A stretch of DNA of 63,938 bases, counting the filler, from an uncultured bacterium (GTDB lineage Bacteria; Hinthialibacterota; Hinthialibacteria; Hinthialibacterales; Hinthialibacteraceae), in the NCBI GenBank assembly GCA_964449065.1. It is 4 parts of 4 records of this genome, joined end to end, with 100 filler letters (N's around TTAATTAATTAA, not from the genome) between each part and the next. Parts side by side here need not be neighbours in the genome. Positions count along the whole stretch, not along the records: positions 1 to 16,120 come from CAYVAZ010000092.1; positions 16,221 to 32,328 come from CAYVAZ010000093.1; 2 more parts are not named here. One strand, written 5' to 3'. The notes under the pieces were generated by a model. That model searched no databases and had not been told where the DNA came from. It saw only the letters and a program-made list of their open reading frames with translations. Position numbers and translations under genes: made by a program. How positions within the stretch are numbered: position 1 is the first letter of the stretch; each line of letters starts with the position of its first letter. Of this stretch, positions 9,269-18,973 are shown piece after piece.

Positions 9269-10459
9269 ATGGCACAAAATCATATTCCAAAAGTGTGTGT
9301 GGCATTGCCGGTGCTGAATGGAGAGAAGGATTTTGAAGGCGCATTGCTTTCGGTGATTCAACAAGACTTTGAAGATTTGGATATTTTAATTTGCGATAAC
9401 GGTTCAACCGATGGCACGGCGGACATCTACCAAAAATACGCGGCGCAGGATCAGCGGATACGCATTTCGGTTGAAGATACGTCATCGAAAATGCCGCGCG
9501 GCTTTAACCGGGGATTTTATTTGTGCCAGTCGCCCTTTTTTATGTGGGCGGCGAGTGACGACCGCCGCGCTACATCGTTTGTCAGCCGCTGCCTGTCGGT
9601 GTTGGAAGAGGATCCAACAGCGGCGCTTGCCTATCCATATACCCGGATGATCGATAACGAAAACAACACCTTGTTGGAGTATAAAGACCCGTTTGATTTA
9701 ACGCTTGAGAATCCGGCGGAGCGGTATAAAGAAATTGTGGGGCGTTTGGGCTGGTGCAATTTGTTTTATGGCCTGTACCGCAGAGAGATGCTGGCGAAAA
9801 CGCAGGTATGGGATCATGCCGTGCCCGGTGTGGATGCCCTGATGGTTACCAATCTCTTGTTTCACGGAAAAATTGTGCAGATTCCCGAATTGTTGTTTGA
9901 CCGCAATATGCACCGGCAAATCAAAGAACCAGGCGAACGGGCGAAGAACCCCAAGCAAGTGAATGAAAAGTGGTTTTACCCGGCGGGTACCGGAATCAGT
10001 TGCTCGTATTTCGATTACATCTGGCTGCATTTTGAAATCGTGCAGTTTGCCCCCATCCCGGCGGAAGACAAACCGGAGCTGATTCAACTCACGCGGGAAC
10101 GCTTTACCACAGAAAGCCACATCAAACTTCTGCAGCCGGAACTGGACCGGATGATTCAACTGATTCTGCAAAACCGTTTTTATGAAGAGTGGAACCCGGA
10201 GCGTTGGGATTTGACACCGAACGCGGATTGGGAACGGATCGCGAAACCGTTGTATCTATCTAAGTTATTATTATTGATTGAGCGTTGTTTGTATTTGCTG
10301 CCGCATTATCCCGGATTGCAATCTGCACGGGCGGTTTGTTTGGTGTATTTGGGGCGACTGCTTGAGGCGATGGCCTGTATTGAAACGGAGTTGGAGAAGC
10401 ATCCGAATTTGAATTACGCGCAGGATTTGCGGCGGCAGTTGGAGCAGAAGATGGGGTAA
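9269..10459 (+). CDS. GT2 family glycosyltransferase with C-terminal TPR-like helices
   Basis: LPVLNGE, ICDNGSTDGT, WAASDD (DxD-like). C-terminal ARAVCLVYLGRLLEAMACIETELEKHP is TPR-like. Confidence 0.85.
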   Translation: MAQNHIPKVCVALPVLNGEKDFEGALLSVIQQDFEDLDILICDNGSTDGTADIYQKYAAQDQRIRISVEDTSSKMPRGFNRGFYLCQSPFFMWAASDDRRATSFVSRCLSVLEEDPTAALAYPYTRMIDNENNTLLEYKDPFDLTLENPAERYKEIVGRLGWCNLFYGLYRREMLAKTQVWDHAVPGVDALMVTNLLFHGKIVQIPELLFDRNMHRQIKEPGERAKNPKQVNEKWFYPAGTGISCSYFDYIWLHFEIVQFAPIPAEDKPELIQLTRERFTTESHIKLLQPELDRMIQLILQNRFYEEWNPERWDLTPNADWERIAKPLYLSKLLLLIERCLYLLPHYPGLQSARAVCLVYLGRLLEAMACIETELEKHPNLNYAQDLRRQLEQKMG

Positions 10460-10511
10460 CATTAATCTGTCCGTCCATGTTGTCCGTTGATATCTTGTAA
10501 AAAGTATATTC

Positions 10512-10581
10512 GTTTTGGGAGGGCAAGGCTCCCGCCGAGCCGGAAGTACCGTTCATTTCAATCCGAACGTATTTTTGGCAA
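10512..10581 (-). repeat. 70-bp element; reverse-complement copy of 3107-3176 (REP plus conserved flank)
   Basis: 65/70 identical by manual alignment. Shorter or degenerate copies at ~28613-28672, 36245-36274 and 52399-52422. Confidence 0.85.
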
Positions 10582-10628
10582 TCCCTATACTCGTACCGAA
10601 AGTGGACATTTCATTTTTCTTTTGGTAT

Positions 10629-10704
10629 TAGAGCATTTCAGAGTTGGATAGACAGAGTCTGCCGTTGTTCCCCCCCTTGTTAAGGGGGGCTAGAGGGGAT
10701 CGAT
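10629..10704. repeat. palindromic repeat CCCCCCTTGTTAAGGGGGG with conserved flank; related copies at 8098-8140 (flank, reverse), ~27029-27060 and 52294-52335 (reverse)
   Basis: Hairpin and flank GAGTTGGATAGACAGA recur. Confidence 0.75.
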
Positions 10705-10806
10705 ACCCGTCAATAAAACGTTGACACTGTTTTAGGCTGGTTGTGGTGCAGTCGTCCTGCCTGCTCATGCGGTTTTCTCAAAAATCCAAATTGCCAATGG
10801 CATAAC

Positions 10807-11553
10807 TCATGCAATGCGTTTTAGAAAGCCGTTGGGGGCCACGGTGATCATGAGTTTGTTGTGGATAGTTTCATCGATTTGGAATTCCGGATGGCTTGAT
10901 AAAAACTGATGAACGGCGGTTTTGGGATTGTTGCCCGGCCCCCAAGCGCGTTCGCCCAGCAGATCAACCGGCAAATCATCGATGATGGTATCAAACACCA
11001 CGCAATAGCTGTTAAGAGAAACCAAAGACGCATAGGCTTCCAATTCGGCCATGACATGATCATGAGTGTGGTTGGAATCCAAGCAAACCAAGATGGTTTT
11101 GTGTTGTTGGGCAATGCCGCGTACTTGGGATATCACTTGGGAATCAATGGAAGAGCCTTCCATCATTTGGATGCGGTTTGCTAATGGATGCGATTGAATG
11201 GCTTCGCGGTTATGGGGGCGGATATCGATATCGATGCCCAATACCTTTCGTTCAATCTGTGGATTCGGGCTGCATAGCTCAATCAAAGCCAGGATGGATG
11301 CGTTGAATATTAATGAGCCGCCGCGCGCGATTCCGGTTTCGATGATTAAGTCCGGCTGGATTGACCAGATCAGTTCCTGCATGGCAATGATATCGGGCGG
11401 GTATTGGATGATGGGTCTTCCCAGCCAGGTAAAGTTGTAACTGTACTTCGGCAGGGTTGCTTTGTGAATAAAATTCATCGCCGCTTCATGTAGTTCTTTG
11501 TTGTGGGCATACGACTCGATACGCTCTTTGACTTCGTGTTCAAAATGATCCAT
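10807..11553 (-). CDS. CmcI / cephalosporin-hydroxylase family (sugar O-methyltransferase-like)
   Basis: YSYNFTWLGRPIIQYP.D, PDLIIETGIARGGS, LDSNHTHDHV, NNPKTAV, TVAPNGFLKR. Confidence 0.9.
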   Translation of the reverse strand: MDHFEHEVKERIESYAHNKELHEAAMNFIHKATLPKYSYNFTWLGRPIIQYPPDIIAMQELIWSIQPDLIIETGIARGGSLIFNASILALIELCSPNPQIERKVLGIDIDIRPHNREAIQSHPLANRIQMMEGSSIDSQVISQVRGIAQQHKTILVCLDSNHTHDHVMAELEAYASLVSLNSYCVVFDTIIDDLPVDLLGERAWGPGNNPKTAVHQFLSSHPEFQIDETIHNKLMITVAPNGFLKRIA

Positions 11554-12604
11554 GATCCACCGTGATATATTGAAATTTGTTGTTGGATGCTTTTCGGATT
11601 TCATCCAGATAGTTGGAATTCATCACATATATATTTGTGCCCTGCGGCAGGCGGTTCAATGCCTCTTCCGGTGAGATGACCGGAAGGCCGCTGCAGGGGA
11701 GATATTTGTTTTGTTTGGCCGGATTGATATCGATAGCGCATTCAAAGCGTACGCCTTCACGCTGTAAGAGAAGAGCAAACAATACGCCTTTGGACGCTCC
11801 ACCCCAAATGGCGGATGGCTGCGTTTGTATCCGCGGTATGTGCTGAAAGATGCTATCCAGAAAGTGTTCCGGAAAGGCGAACGGTTCTTCATCGAAGACC
11901 GGCTGTTTAAGCGATTTTACATCCGCGACCGCGTACATATATTGTCCGCCGAACAGATGGCCGGCCTCATACACCGTGTCAAACAGGCGGAAAAAATCGC
12001 TTGTACAAAAGTAATTGACGTGCTCATAAAAAATATCGAAGCAGGCACGGCGGCTGCAAATCCATTCGAAGCAGGGGACTTCGATGTAGATTTTGCCATG
12101 GCCGGCATTCGCGTCGCGAATGGTCCGCAGAAACGCAACTGGATTGGGGATATGTTCTAAGACATGCCGCAGAATAATGCCATCCGCTTGCAGACCTAGT
12201 TCCGTATTGAAGTATTCTTTGATGATGGATGGGTTGCTGCCGGTGTATGTTGGGTCACAGCCACGGATGTTGAAGCCTTGGTTTTGGAGTTGTTCCAGAA
12301 AATAGCCTTTGCCGCAGCCGACCTCGATGATGGATTGACCGGAAAAATGCTGTTTGACTATCCGCATGACATCTTCAAGATGGTCTTGAAAAACGCGGCT
12401 ATGGGATTGTTCGTTGTCATACGCGGAATTGTATTCGATGATTTCGGGCTGAAACGCTTGGTTGTAGATCAGGCCGGTATCCAAGTTTTGCACCAGGACC
12501 ATATCTCCGGTTTGGCATTCGACCGCTTCTTGATAGGTATTGAATACGCGGTTTTGCAGAACCGGGAGTTGGTGTATGCGGTAGAGTTCTCGTTCGGTGT
12601 TCAT
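11540..12604 (-). CDS. class I SAM-dependent methyltransferase (NDP-sugar C-methyltransferase-like)
   Basis: EVGCGKG, RHVLEHI, DIFYEHVNYF, WGGASKG, DINPAKQNKY. Confidence 0.85.
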   Translation of the reverse strand: MNTERELYRIHQLPVLQNRVFNTYQEAVECQTGDMVLVQNLDTGLIYNQAFQPEIIEYNSAYDNEQSHSRVFQDHLEDVMRIVKQHFSGQSIIEVGCGKGYFLEQLQNQGFNIRGCDPTYTGSNPSIIKEYFNTELGLQADGIILRHVLEHIPNPVAFLRTIRDANAGHGKIYIEVPCFEWICSRRACFDIFYEHVNYFCTSDFFRLFDTVYEAGHLFGGQYMYAVADVKSLKQPVFDEEPFAFPEHFLDSIFQHIPRIQTQPSAIWGGASKGVLFALLLQREGVRFECAIDINPAKQNKYLPCSGLPVISPEEALNRLPQGTNIYVMNSNYLDEIRKASNNKFQYITVDHGSF

Positions 12605-12758
12605 TGGTTTTTATGCCTTTTCAAAAAATCATGTTTGATGCAAGGCGAATCTATCTTTCGAAGGCATCAACCCCACCCTAACCCTCCCCAGTCTTGGGGA
12701 GGGAATTCGCATCACACAAAAATAAATCACACAAAAATAAATTGAAACCGTATTCGAT

Positions 12759-13997
12759 TTATGCATCCTCAATGGACAACGAGGGGATGGGTAACACAAA
12801 TTTCCCTTCCCACGTTTTAATGTACGCGAGTTGGCGCTTGATTTCTTCTTTGATGTTCCAAGGCAGTATGATGATGTAATCGGGCTTTGTCTCGTGGAGC
12901 CGGTCTTCGTTTACGATGGGGATGTGACTGCCGGGGAGGAATTTTCCCTGCTTGTAAGGCGAGCGGTCAACCACATAAGAGAGCATATCGTGTTTGATTC
13001 CACAATAATTCAGCAGGGTGTTGCCTTTGGCGGCGGCGCCGTAAGCGGCAACGGTTTTGCCTGCTGCTTTGGTGTCCAGTAAGAAGGAAAGTAGTTGGTA
13101 TTTGCATTCGTACACCCGGTTTTGGAAGTGCTTGTACGCGTCCGCCTTTTGCAGATCAGCATTTGTTTCGTTTTGGAGAACAGCGTTCACGCGGTCTGTA
13201 ACCGGATGGGGAGTTGTGTCTGCGTGTTGGGCGAATACCCGCAGCGAGCCGCCGTGCGTGGCAGGTTCTTCGACATCAAACACCTGTAAGCCGTGTCGGC
13301 TGAATAGATTCATCACGGTATGGAGCGATAAGTAGGAATAGTGTTCGTGATAGATGGTATCGAATTGGGTGTTGGCGATGAGTTGCAATAAATGAGGGAA
13401 TTCTAGCGTAAGGATTCCGTTTGGGGATAAGAGAATTTTGCATCCCTCCACGAAGTCGTGCAGGTTGGGAACATGGGCAAGCACGTTGTTGCCGATTAGC
13501 AAATCCGCTTGGGGATGGGATTGCAAAAGCGCGCGCGCGGTTGCGGTTCCAAAGAACGCGGAGACGGTGGGAATGCCCTTTTCTTCCGCGATGCTGACGA
13601 TGTTTTGGGCCGGTTCGATGCCCAAGACCGGGATGTTTTTTTGTTTAAAGTATTGCAACAGGTAGCCATCGTTGCTAGCGATTTCGACCACTTGATGGGA
13701 ATCGTTTAAGCCAAATCTCTCTATCATCATTTGGGTGTATTGCCTGCAATGCTTCAGCCAAGAATCGGAATAGGATGAGAAATAGGCGTAATCGGTAAAT
13801 AATGTTTCGGGCAAAATTAAATTGGGCAATTGAACCAGAAAGCATTGGGTGCAGTAGTAGACGCGCAGAGGATAGTACGATTCCGAGGTGTGGAGTTGGA
13901 AGGCATCCCGGTAATTGTTGGCCAAGGGAGAATGTCCCAGATCGGCGAAGGTTTCGGTTAACGGTGTGCTGCAAAGACGGCAGATGTGTTGGTTCAT
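12759..13997 (-). CDS. NDP-hexose C-3 methyltransferase (zinc-binding N-terminus, C-methyltransferase C-terminal domain)
   Basis: CRLC...CTQC zinc motif, EIASNDG, DTIYHEH, HGGSLR, YGAAAKGNTLLNY. Confidence 0.92.
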   Translation of the reverse strand: MNQHICRLCSTPLTETFADLGHSPLANNYRDAFQLHTSESYYPLRVYYCTQCFLVQLPNLILPETLFTDYAYFSSYSDSWLKHCRQYTQMMIERFGLNDSHQVVEIASNDGYLLQYFKQKNIPVLGIEPAQNIVSIAEEKGIPTVSAFFGTATARALLQSHPQADLLIGNNVLAHVPNLHDFVEGCKILLSPNGILTLEFPHLLQLIANTQFDTIYHEHYSYLSLHTVMNLFSRHGLQVFDVEEPATHGGSLRVFAQHADTTPHPVTDRVNAVLQNETNADLQKADAYKHFQNRVYECKYQLLSFLLDTKAAGKTVAAYGAAAKGNTLLNYCGIKHDMLSYVVDRSPYKQGKFLPGSHIPIVNEDRLHETKPDYIIILPWNIKEEIKRQLAYIKTWEGKFVLPIPSLSIEDA

Positions 13998-14003
13998 ATT
14001 GGT

Positions 14004-15091
14004 TCACAAGTTTTGAAAGCGTTCGATTTGGGTTTGAGACCAATGCTGGATTTGCCGCGGGTCTTCTTGATAGCGTTTATACCATTCAACCGTCCACTCC
14101 ATGGTTTCTTGCAGATTTAAGCGCGGCGTCCATCCTAAAAGGCGGCGCGCTTTGGTGCTGTCCAAGGTGAGAGTGGGGGCTTCTTTGGGACGGGGCACGG
14201 TGTCCACACGCCACTGAGCGTTATTGCCCCATAAAGTACCGAGGGTCTCTACAATCCACCGCACCGGCCGCGATTCATGGGGCATGGGGCCGATGTTCCA
14301 TGGTTCGGAGGCCTCTAACGGGGTTTTGACCATGTGTTCCATTAGCATTAGATAGCCATGTAAAACATCCAAAACGTGCTGCCAGGGTCGGGTGGCATTG
14401 GGGGAGCGGATGACGACTTCCTCTCCGTTTTGCCAGGAACGGATACAGTCGGGAATCAAGCGGTTGGCAGACCAATCGCCGCCGCCGATTACGTTTCCGG
14501 CACGGGCGCTTGCAATTGAAACGCGGCGTTTTGCCGGATTGGCAAAAAAAGACCGGCGGTAGGAATGCGTCAGGATTTCCACGNNNNNNNNNNGCAGGCT
14601 TTGCTGCTGGAATAAGGATCGTCTCCGCCCAGGGGATCAATTTCGCGCATACCCCAAAGGCTGCCGGTGTTGAGATAGCATTTGTCGCTGGAAATAATAA
14701 GCCCCGCTTTGACGGATTCGGTATGGCGGATGGCTTCGAGCACATATAAAGTCCCCATGACGTTGGTGGAATAGGTATCGACCGGGTTTTCATAGGAAGA
14801 AAGCACCAGCGACTGGGCGGCCAGGTGGATGACGATATCGGGTTGGAACTCTGCCGCGATTTTCGCGAGAGCCTCCGCGTTGCGGATGTCTTCTTCGATG
14901 AAAGTAAAGTGGGGTGTATTGCCGTGTTCGGGAAAGACGGTGTTGAAGGACGTGGTGGTCATCCCGAAGCCCAGAATGTTTGCCTGCATTTGCGCCAGCC
15001 ACAGGCAAAGCCAAGAGCCTTTAAAGCCGGCATGGCCTGTGACAAGTACCCGTTTGTCTTTCCAGAATTCTTGGTTTACCATGTTTTCCAC
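14004..15091 (-). CDS. rfbG: CDP-glucose 4,6-dehydratase (frame broken only by the 10-N gap at 14584-14593)
   Basis: LVTGHAGFKGSWL, HLAAQSLV, SSDKCY and PYSSSK in 14570-15091; ARAGNVIGGGDW and RPWQHVL in 14004-14582. Confidence 0.93.
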
Positions 15092-15864
15092 GCCGCTTCA
15101 TTGTCGCGCCAGAGTTGGTTGAGGTGTTCGACATCCCGGTAGGTATCCATACACGACCAAAAGCCGTCGTGCTTGTAGACCATCAACTCTCCCTGCCGGG
15201 CGAGGGTTTCGAGCGCGCCGATTTCCAAATCGCATTGATTGTCGGTGGTAAGATAATCGAAGAGGCGGCGGTGAAACACAAAAAAGCCCCCGCTGATGTA
15301 GTTGTCTCCAACCTTTGGCTTTTCAGAAAATTTTTGCACTTCATTGTCTTTGAGGGAAAGCATCCCGAATGAAGAGGGCTGGGTGACGCCAGTGACAGTT
15401 GCAATCTTGCCATGATTGAGATGAAAGTCAAATAACTTCTGCAAATCGATATCGGACAGTCCATCTCCATAAGTGACCATAAAGTATTCAGTATCGATGT
15501 ATTTTTGGAGTTTTTTGATCCGGGCGCCTTTGAGGGTGGATTCTCCGGTTTGGGCCAGGGTGATGTTCCAGCCGATTTCTTCTTGCGAGTAGTGAATCGT
15601 AAAGCGTTCGCGCTGGCCGGTGACGATGGTGAAATCGTTGTTGTAGAACTCCATATTGAAGATATAGTTTTTGATCATATCGCCTTTGTAGCCCAGGGCG
15701 AGGACAAAGCGTTTGAAGTTTTGATTGGCATAGATTTTCATGATGTGCCAAAGGATGGGGCGGGTACCGATATAGACCATCGGTTTGGGGCGGATTTCGG
15801 TCTCTTCACGAAGCCGGGTGCCCAGCCCACCGCATAAAATCACTACCGGGATATTGGTATCCAT
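15076..15864 (-). CDS. rfbF: glucose-1-phosphate cytidylyltransferase
   Basis: ILCGGLGTRL.EET..RPKPMV.IG.RPILWHIMK, TYGDG, H.GFWSCMDT.RD. Confidence 0.96.
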   Translation of the reverse strand: MDTNIPVVILCGGLGTRLREETEIRPKPMVYIGTRPILWHIMKIYANQNFKRFVLALGYKGDMIKNYIFNMEFYNNDFTIVTGQRERFTIHYSQEEIGWNITLAQTGESTLKGARIKKLQKYIDTEYFMVTYGDGLSDIDLQKLFDFHLNHGKIATVTGVTQPSSFGMLSLKDNEVQKFSEKPKVGDNYISGGFFVFHRRLFDYLTTDNQCDLEIGALETLARQGELMVYKHDGFWSCMDTYRDVEHLNQLWRDNEAAWKTW

Positions 15865-16120
15865 TGCATCCCACCTGCAAAAAAAATCGTTCTGACATCA
15901 AATTACAGTAAGTATAATTTGATATCTTAATCGGATTTTTATTTTGGGGAAGATGAGTTTTTTTTGATGTGCTTTAATCTCTTCCCTACCCCCCTATGAA
16001 TAAGGGAGACAACGGCAACAGCGATTGAAACCGCGAATGGACACGAATACACACGAATGTAGGCTAGAGCGTTTCAAAGTTGTATAGCCGGTAGCACCGG
16101 CATCCAGCCGGTGCGTTAAC

Positions 16121-16220
16121 NNNNNNNNNNNNNNNNNNNNNNNNNNNNNNNNNNNNNNNNNNNNTTAATTAATTAANNNNNNNNNNNNNNNNNNNNNNNN
16201 NNNNNNNNNNNNNNNNNNNN
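16121..16220. other. artificial contig linker (N44-TTAATTAATTAA-N44)
   Basis: Six-frame stop 12-mer flanked by Ns; identical at three sites. Confidence 0.97.
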
Positions 16221-16221
16221 G

Positions 16222-17373
16222 GAACTAATTCAAAACTCAAAGCGTCCTTTGCTGTATGTTGGCGGCGGGGTGATCAACGCGGATGCAGCGGATGAGTTGT
16301 TCTTGTTTGCCACCAAAACCAATATCCCCGTAACCACCACCTTGATGGCGTTGGGCGCCTTCCCGGAAACACACCCCTTATCGCTGTTGATGCTGGGGAT
16401 GCACGGAACCATGTACGCCAACAAAGCGGTGCAAGCCTGCGATTGCTTAATCGCCGCCGGCTCGCGTTTTGACGACCGGGTGACCGGAAAGTTGGAAGAA
16501 TTTGCCCCGAACGCGAAGATCATCCACATGGATATCGATAAATCTTCTATCAGCAAAAACGTGACAGTGGATGTCGATTTGGTAGGGAATGTAAAAAATT
16601 CACTCGCGATGCTGAACAAACTGGCCAAGCGCTGTAATACCGACGAGTGGATTGAACACGTTGATGGCTTGAAAAAGCAGTTCCCGCTGAAATACGGCGA
16701 AGCCAGCAATCCGGAACTGATCATGCCGCAGTATCTGTGTCAGGTCGTCGATGAGATTGCGGATGAAGACGCCATTATTACATCCGAGGTCGGCCAGCAT
16801 CAAATGTGGATCGCGCAATATTACACATTTACCCGGCCGCGCACATGGATTACATCCGGCGGATTGGGCACGATGGGGTATGGGTTCCCGGCCGCGATCG
16901 GGGCGCAGTGGGCGTTTCCGAACCGGACGGTCATCGATTTTGCCGGAGACGGGTCCATTGTTATGAACATACAAGAAATGGCAACCGCGGCAATCTATAA
17001 CCTGCCGGTTAAGATCATCATCATGAACAACGGCTGGCTGGGCATGGTTCGCCAATGGCAGGATTTGTTCTACGGAAAGAATTATTCCGCCACCGAATTG
17101 ACCAAACCGGGCAAAGACACCTTGCCGGATCAAAACGACCCCAACGACTGGATGAACTCGGAATACATTCCCGATTTTGTGAAGCTGGCCGATGCCTACA
17201 GTTGGTGGGGCAAACGAGTCGCCAAAAAAGACGAACTTAAAGATGCGGTAAAGGAATGTTTGGAAGTTGACAAGCCCGCCATCTTGGATGTATGGGTAGC
17301 GCGTGAAGAAAACGTGTATCCGATGGTACCGGCGGGGGCATCACTCAATCAAATCATCGACGGCATGGCCTAA
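16222..17373 (+). CDS. ilvB: acetolactate synthase large subunit, 5' partial
   Basis: LGMHG, GSRFDDRVTG, VGQHQMW, TSGGLGTMGYGFPAAIGA, GDGS...NN (TPP motif), LGMVRQWQ. Confidence 0.96.
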   Translation, partial: ELIQNSKRPLLYVGGGVINADAADELFLFATKTNIPVTTTLMALGAFPETHPLSLLMLGMHGTMYANKAVQACDCLIAAGSRFDDRVTGKLEEFAPNAKIIHMDIDKSSISKNVTVDVDLVGNVKNSLAMLNKLAKRCNTDEWIEHVDGLKKQFPLKYGEASNPELIMPQYLCQVVDEIADEDAIITSEVGQHQMWIAQYYTFTRPRTWITSGGLGTMGYGFPAAIGAQWAFPNRTVIDFAGDGSIVMNIQEMATAAIYNLPVKIIIMNNGWLGMVRQWQDLFYGKNYSATELTKPGKDTLPDQNDPNDWMNSEYIPDFVKLADAYSWWGKRVAKKDELKDAVKECLEVDKPAILDVWVAREENVYPMVPAGASLNQIIDGMA

Positions 17374-17390
17374 GAAAGAGAGAAACGAAC

Positions 17391-17806
17391 ATGACGAATT
17401 TAAAACCAGGACACCGGAAGCACATCTTTTATTTGTTGGTCGAAAATCGTTCGGGCGTATTGTCGCGCGTGACGGGACTCTTTTCCGCCCGCGGATTTAA
17501 CATCGAGAGTTTATCGGTCGCGGAAACGCAAGACCACCGGGTATCCCGTATGACGATTGTTGTGCCGGGAGACGATAAGATTTTGGATCAGGTACGCAAG
17601 CAGATCGACCGCTTGGTGGATGTGTATGAAGCGCATGATTTTTCGGTTGAAGACCGGGATATCATCAACCGCGAGTTGGTACTGATTAAAGTAAAAGCGG
17701 ATGCATCCACCCGGAACGAAGTCGTTCAAGTTGCGAATATCTTTCGCGCGCATATCGCGGATGTAAGCCCGGAATCGATGGTGGTAGAAGCCATCGGCAG
17801 CGAAGG
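17391..17806 (+). CDS. ilvN: acetolactate synthase small subunit (3' end lost in the gap at 17807-17906)
   Basis: LVENRSGVLSRVTGLFSARGFNIESLSV (ACT domain), RELVLIKV. Confidence 0.95.
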
Positions 17807-17907
17807 NNNNNNNNNNNNNNNNNNNNNNNNNNNNNNNNNNNNNNNNNNNNNNNNNNNNNNNNNNNNNNNNNNNNNNNNNNNNNNNNNNNNNNNNNNNNNN
17901 NNNNNNC

Positions 17908-18963
17908 ATGAATACACCGGAATGGATCCATGCTGATTTCGATAACACGTGGAAGGATGCTCTGGACTTATACTTGCAGAAGTTCATGCAACTGTTTCTT
18001 CCGGCTGTGCATGATGATATCGATTGGGAAAAAGGGTATGTATCGCTGGAACAAGAACTGCGCCGCATCGTACCCGAAGCCGAAACCGGAAACCGGTATG
18101 TTGATAAGCTGGTGCAGGTTTTCCGGAAGAATCTGGAAGAAGTGTGGGTTTATATCCATACGGAAGTCCAGTCGCAGCAAGATCATGCAATGCCGGAACG
18201 CATGTATGTGTACAACAGTTCATTGTTTTTGCGGTATAAGAAACCCATCATGAGCATTGCTGTTTTGGGTGACGACAACCCCAATTGGAAACCGGAATCG
18301 TATGAAACGGGTATCTGGGGAAATCATCTGCGCTTTACCTATCAGCGAATAAAACTGCTGGATTACAGGGACAAAGTAGATGAATTAAAGAACAGTGGCA
18401 ACCCATTTGCCTTTTTCGTCATCGCGCATTTGAAAACCTTGGAAACAAAAGGAAACCCGAAGCAGCGCTTTGACTATAAAGAAACCATCGCAAAAAGTAT
18501 GATGGAACAAGGATTGACCGCTGAAGATGTCTATCATTTTTTTAAATTTATCGATGCCATGATGACGTTACCGCAAGATTTGGAGTTAGAATTCTTAGAA
18601 AACATTCATGCATATCAGGAGGAAAAGAACATGCCGTTGATCGCTCCGTTTGAACAAATCGCTATGGAAAAAGGTAAGCAAGAAGGAATACAAGAAGGTA
18701 GACAAGAAGGTAGACAAGAAGGAATACAAGAAGGAATACAAGAAGGAATACAAAAAGGAATACAAGAGGGTAGGCAAGAGGAAGCACGCTCTACTCTAGT
18801 TGAAGATTTAACCGACAAATTCGGTCATATCCCCCCTTCATTAATTGAATCTATTAATCAAATAGGCGATATTGATATTGTAAAGAAACTTCGGAAACAA
18901 ATTCAAAAGACTGATTCACTAACTGATTTTCATCGGCTTGTTGAAGAATCTATTAAAGAATAG
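17908..18963 (+). CDS. Rpn/YhgA-like PD-(D/E)XK nuclease (recombination-promoting nuclease / 'putative transposase' family)
   Basis: D..WK, EQEL, YVDKLVQV, IHTEVQSQ, RMYVYN, NPFA, followed by a (QEGx)n linker and a variable C-terminal domain. Confidence 0.85.
   Translation: MNTPEWIHADFDNTWKDALDLYLQKFMQLFLPAVHDDIDWEKGYVSLEQELRRIVPEAETGNRYVDKLVQVFRKNLEEVWVYIHTEVQSQQDHAMPERMYVYNSSLFLRYKKPIMSIAVLGDDNPNWKPESYETGIWGNHLRFTYQRIKLLDYRDKVDELKNSGNPFAFFVIAHLKTLETKGNPKQRFDYKETIAKSMMEQGLTAEDVYHFFKFIDAMMTLPQDLELEFLENIHAYQEEKNMPLIAPFEQIAMEKGKQEGIQEGRQEGRQEGIQEGIQEGIQKGIQEGRQEEARSTLVEDLTDKFGHIPPSLIESINQIGDIDIVKKLRKQIQKTDSLTDFHRLVEESIKE
18631..18963 (+). CDS. putative internally translated small Rpn C-terminal protein (RpnS-like antitoxin, 110 aa)
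   Basis: In-frame ATG (MPLIAPFEQ) preceded by AGGAGG at 18617-18622. The same N-terminus is used by the stand-alone copy at 18974. Confidence 0.55.
   Translation: MPLIAPFEQIAMEKGKQEGIQEGRQEGRQEGIQEGIQEGIQKGIQEGRQEEARSTLVEDLTDKFGHIPPSLIESINQIGDIDIVKKLRKQIQKTDSLTDFHRLVEESIKE
18679..18780 (+). repeat. 12-bp coding tandem repeat CAAGAAGG(AATA/TAGA), about 8.5 copies encoding QEGI/QEGR
   Basis: Directly visible. Confidence 0.9.
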
Positions 18964-18973
18964 AGGGAAAATC

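Noticed and set aside
14570..14593. Apparent frameshift/pseudogene in rfbG (similarly at 32786-32795)
   Set aside because: The frame change coincides with a 10-N placeholder gap.
16121..16220. TTAATTAATTAA motif repeated at three sites
   Set aside because: Synthetic six-frame-stop linker within N runs, not biological. Adjacency across it is meaningless.
17391..17936. Apparent ilvN read-through or fusion into the Rpn region
   Set aside because: Artefact of translating through 100 Ns.
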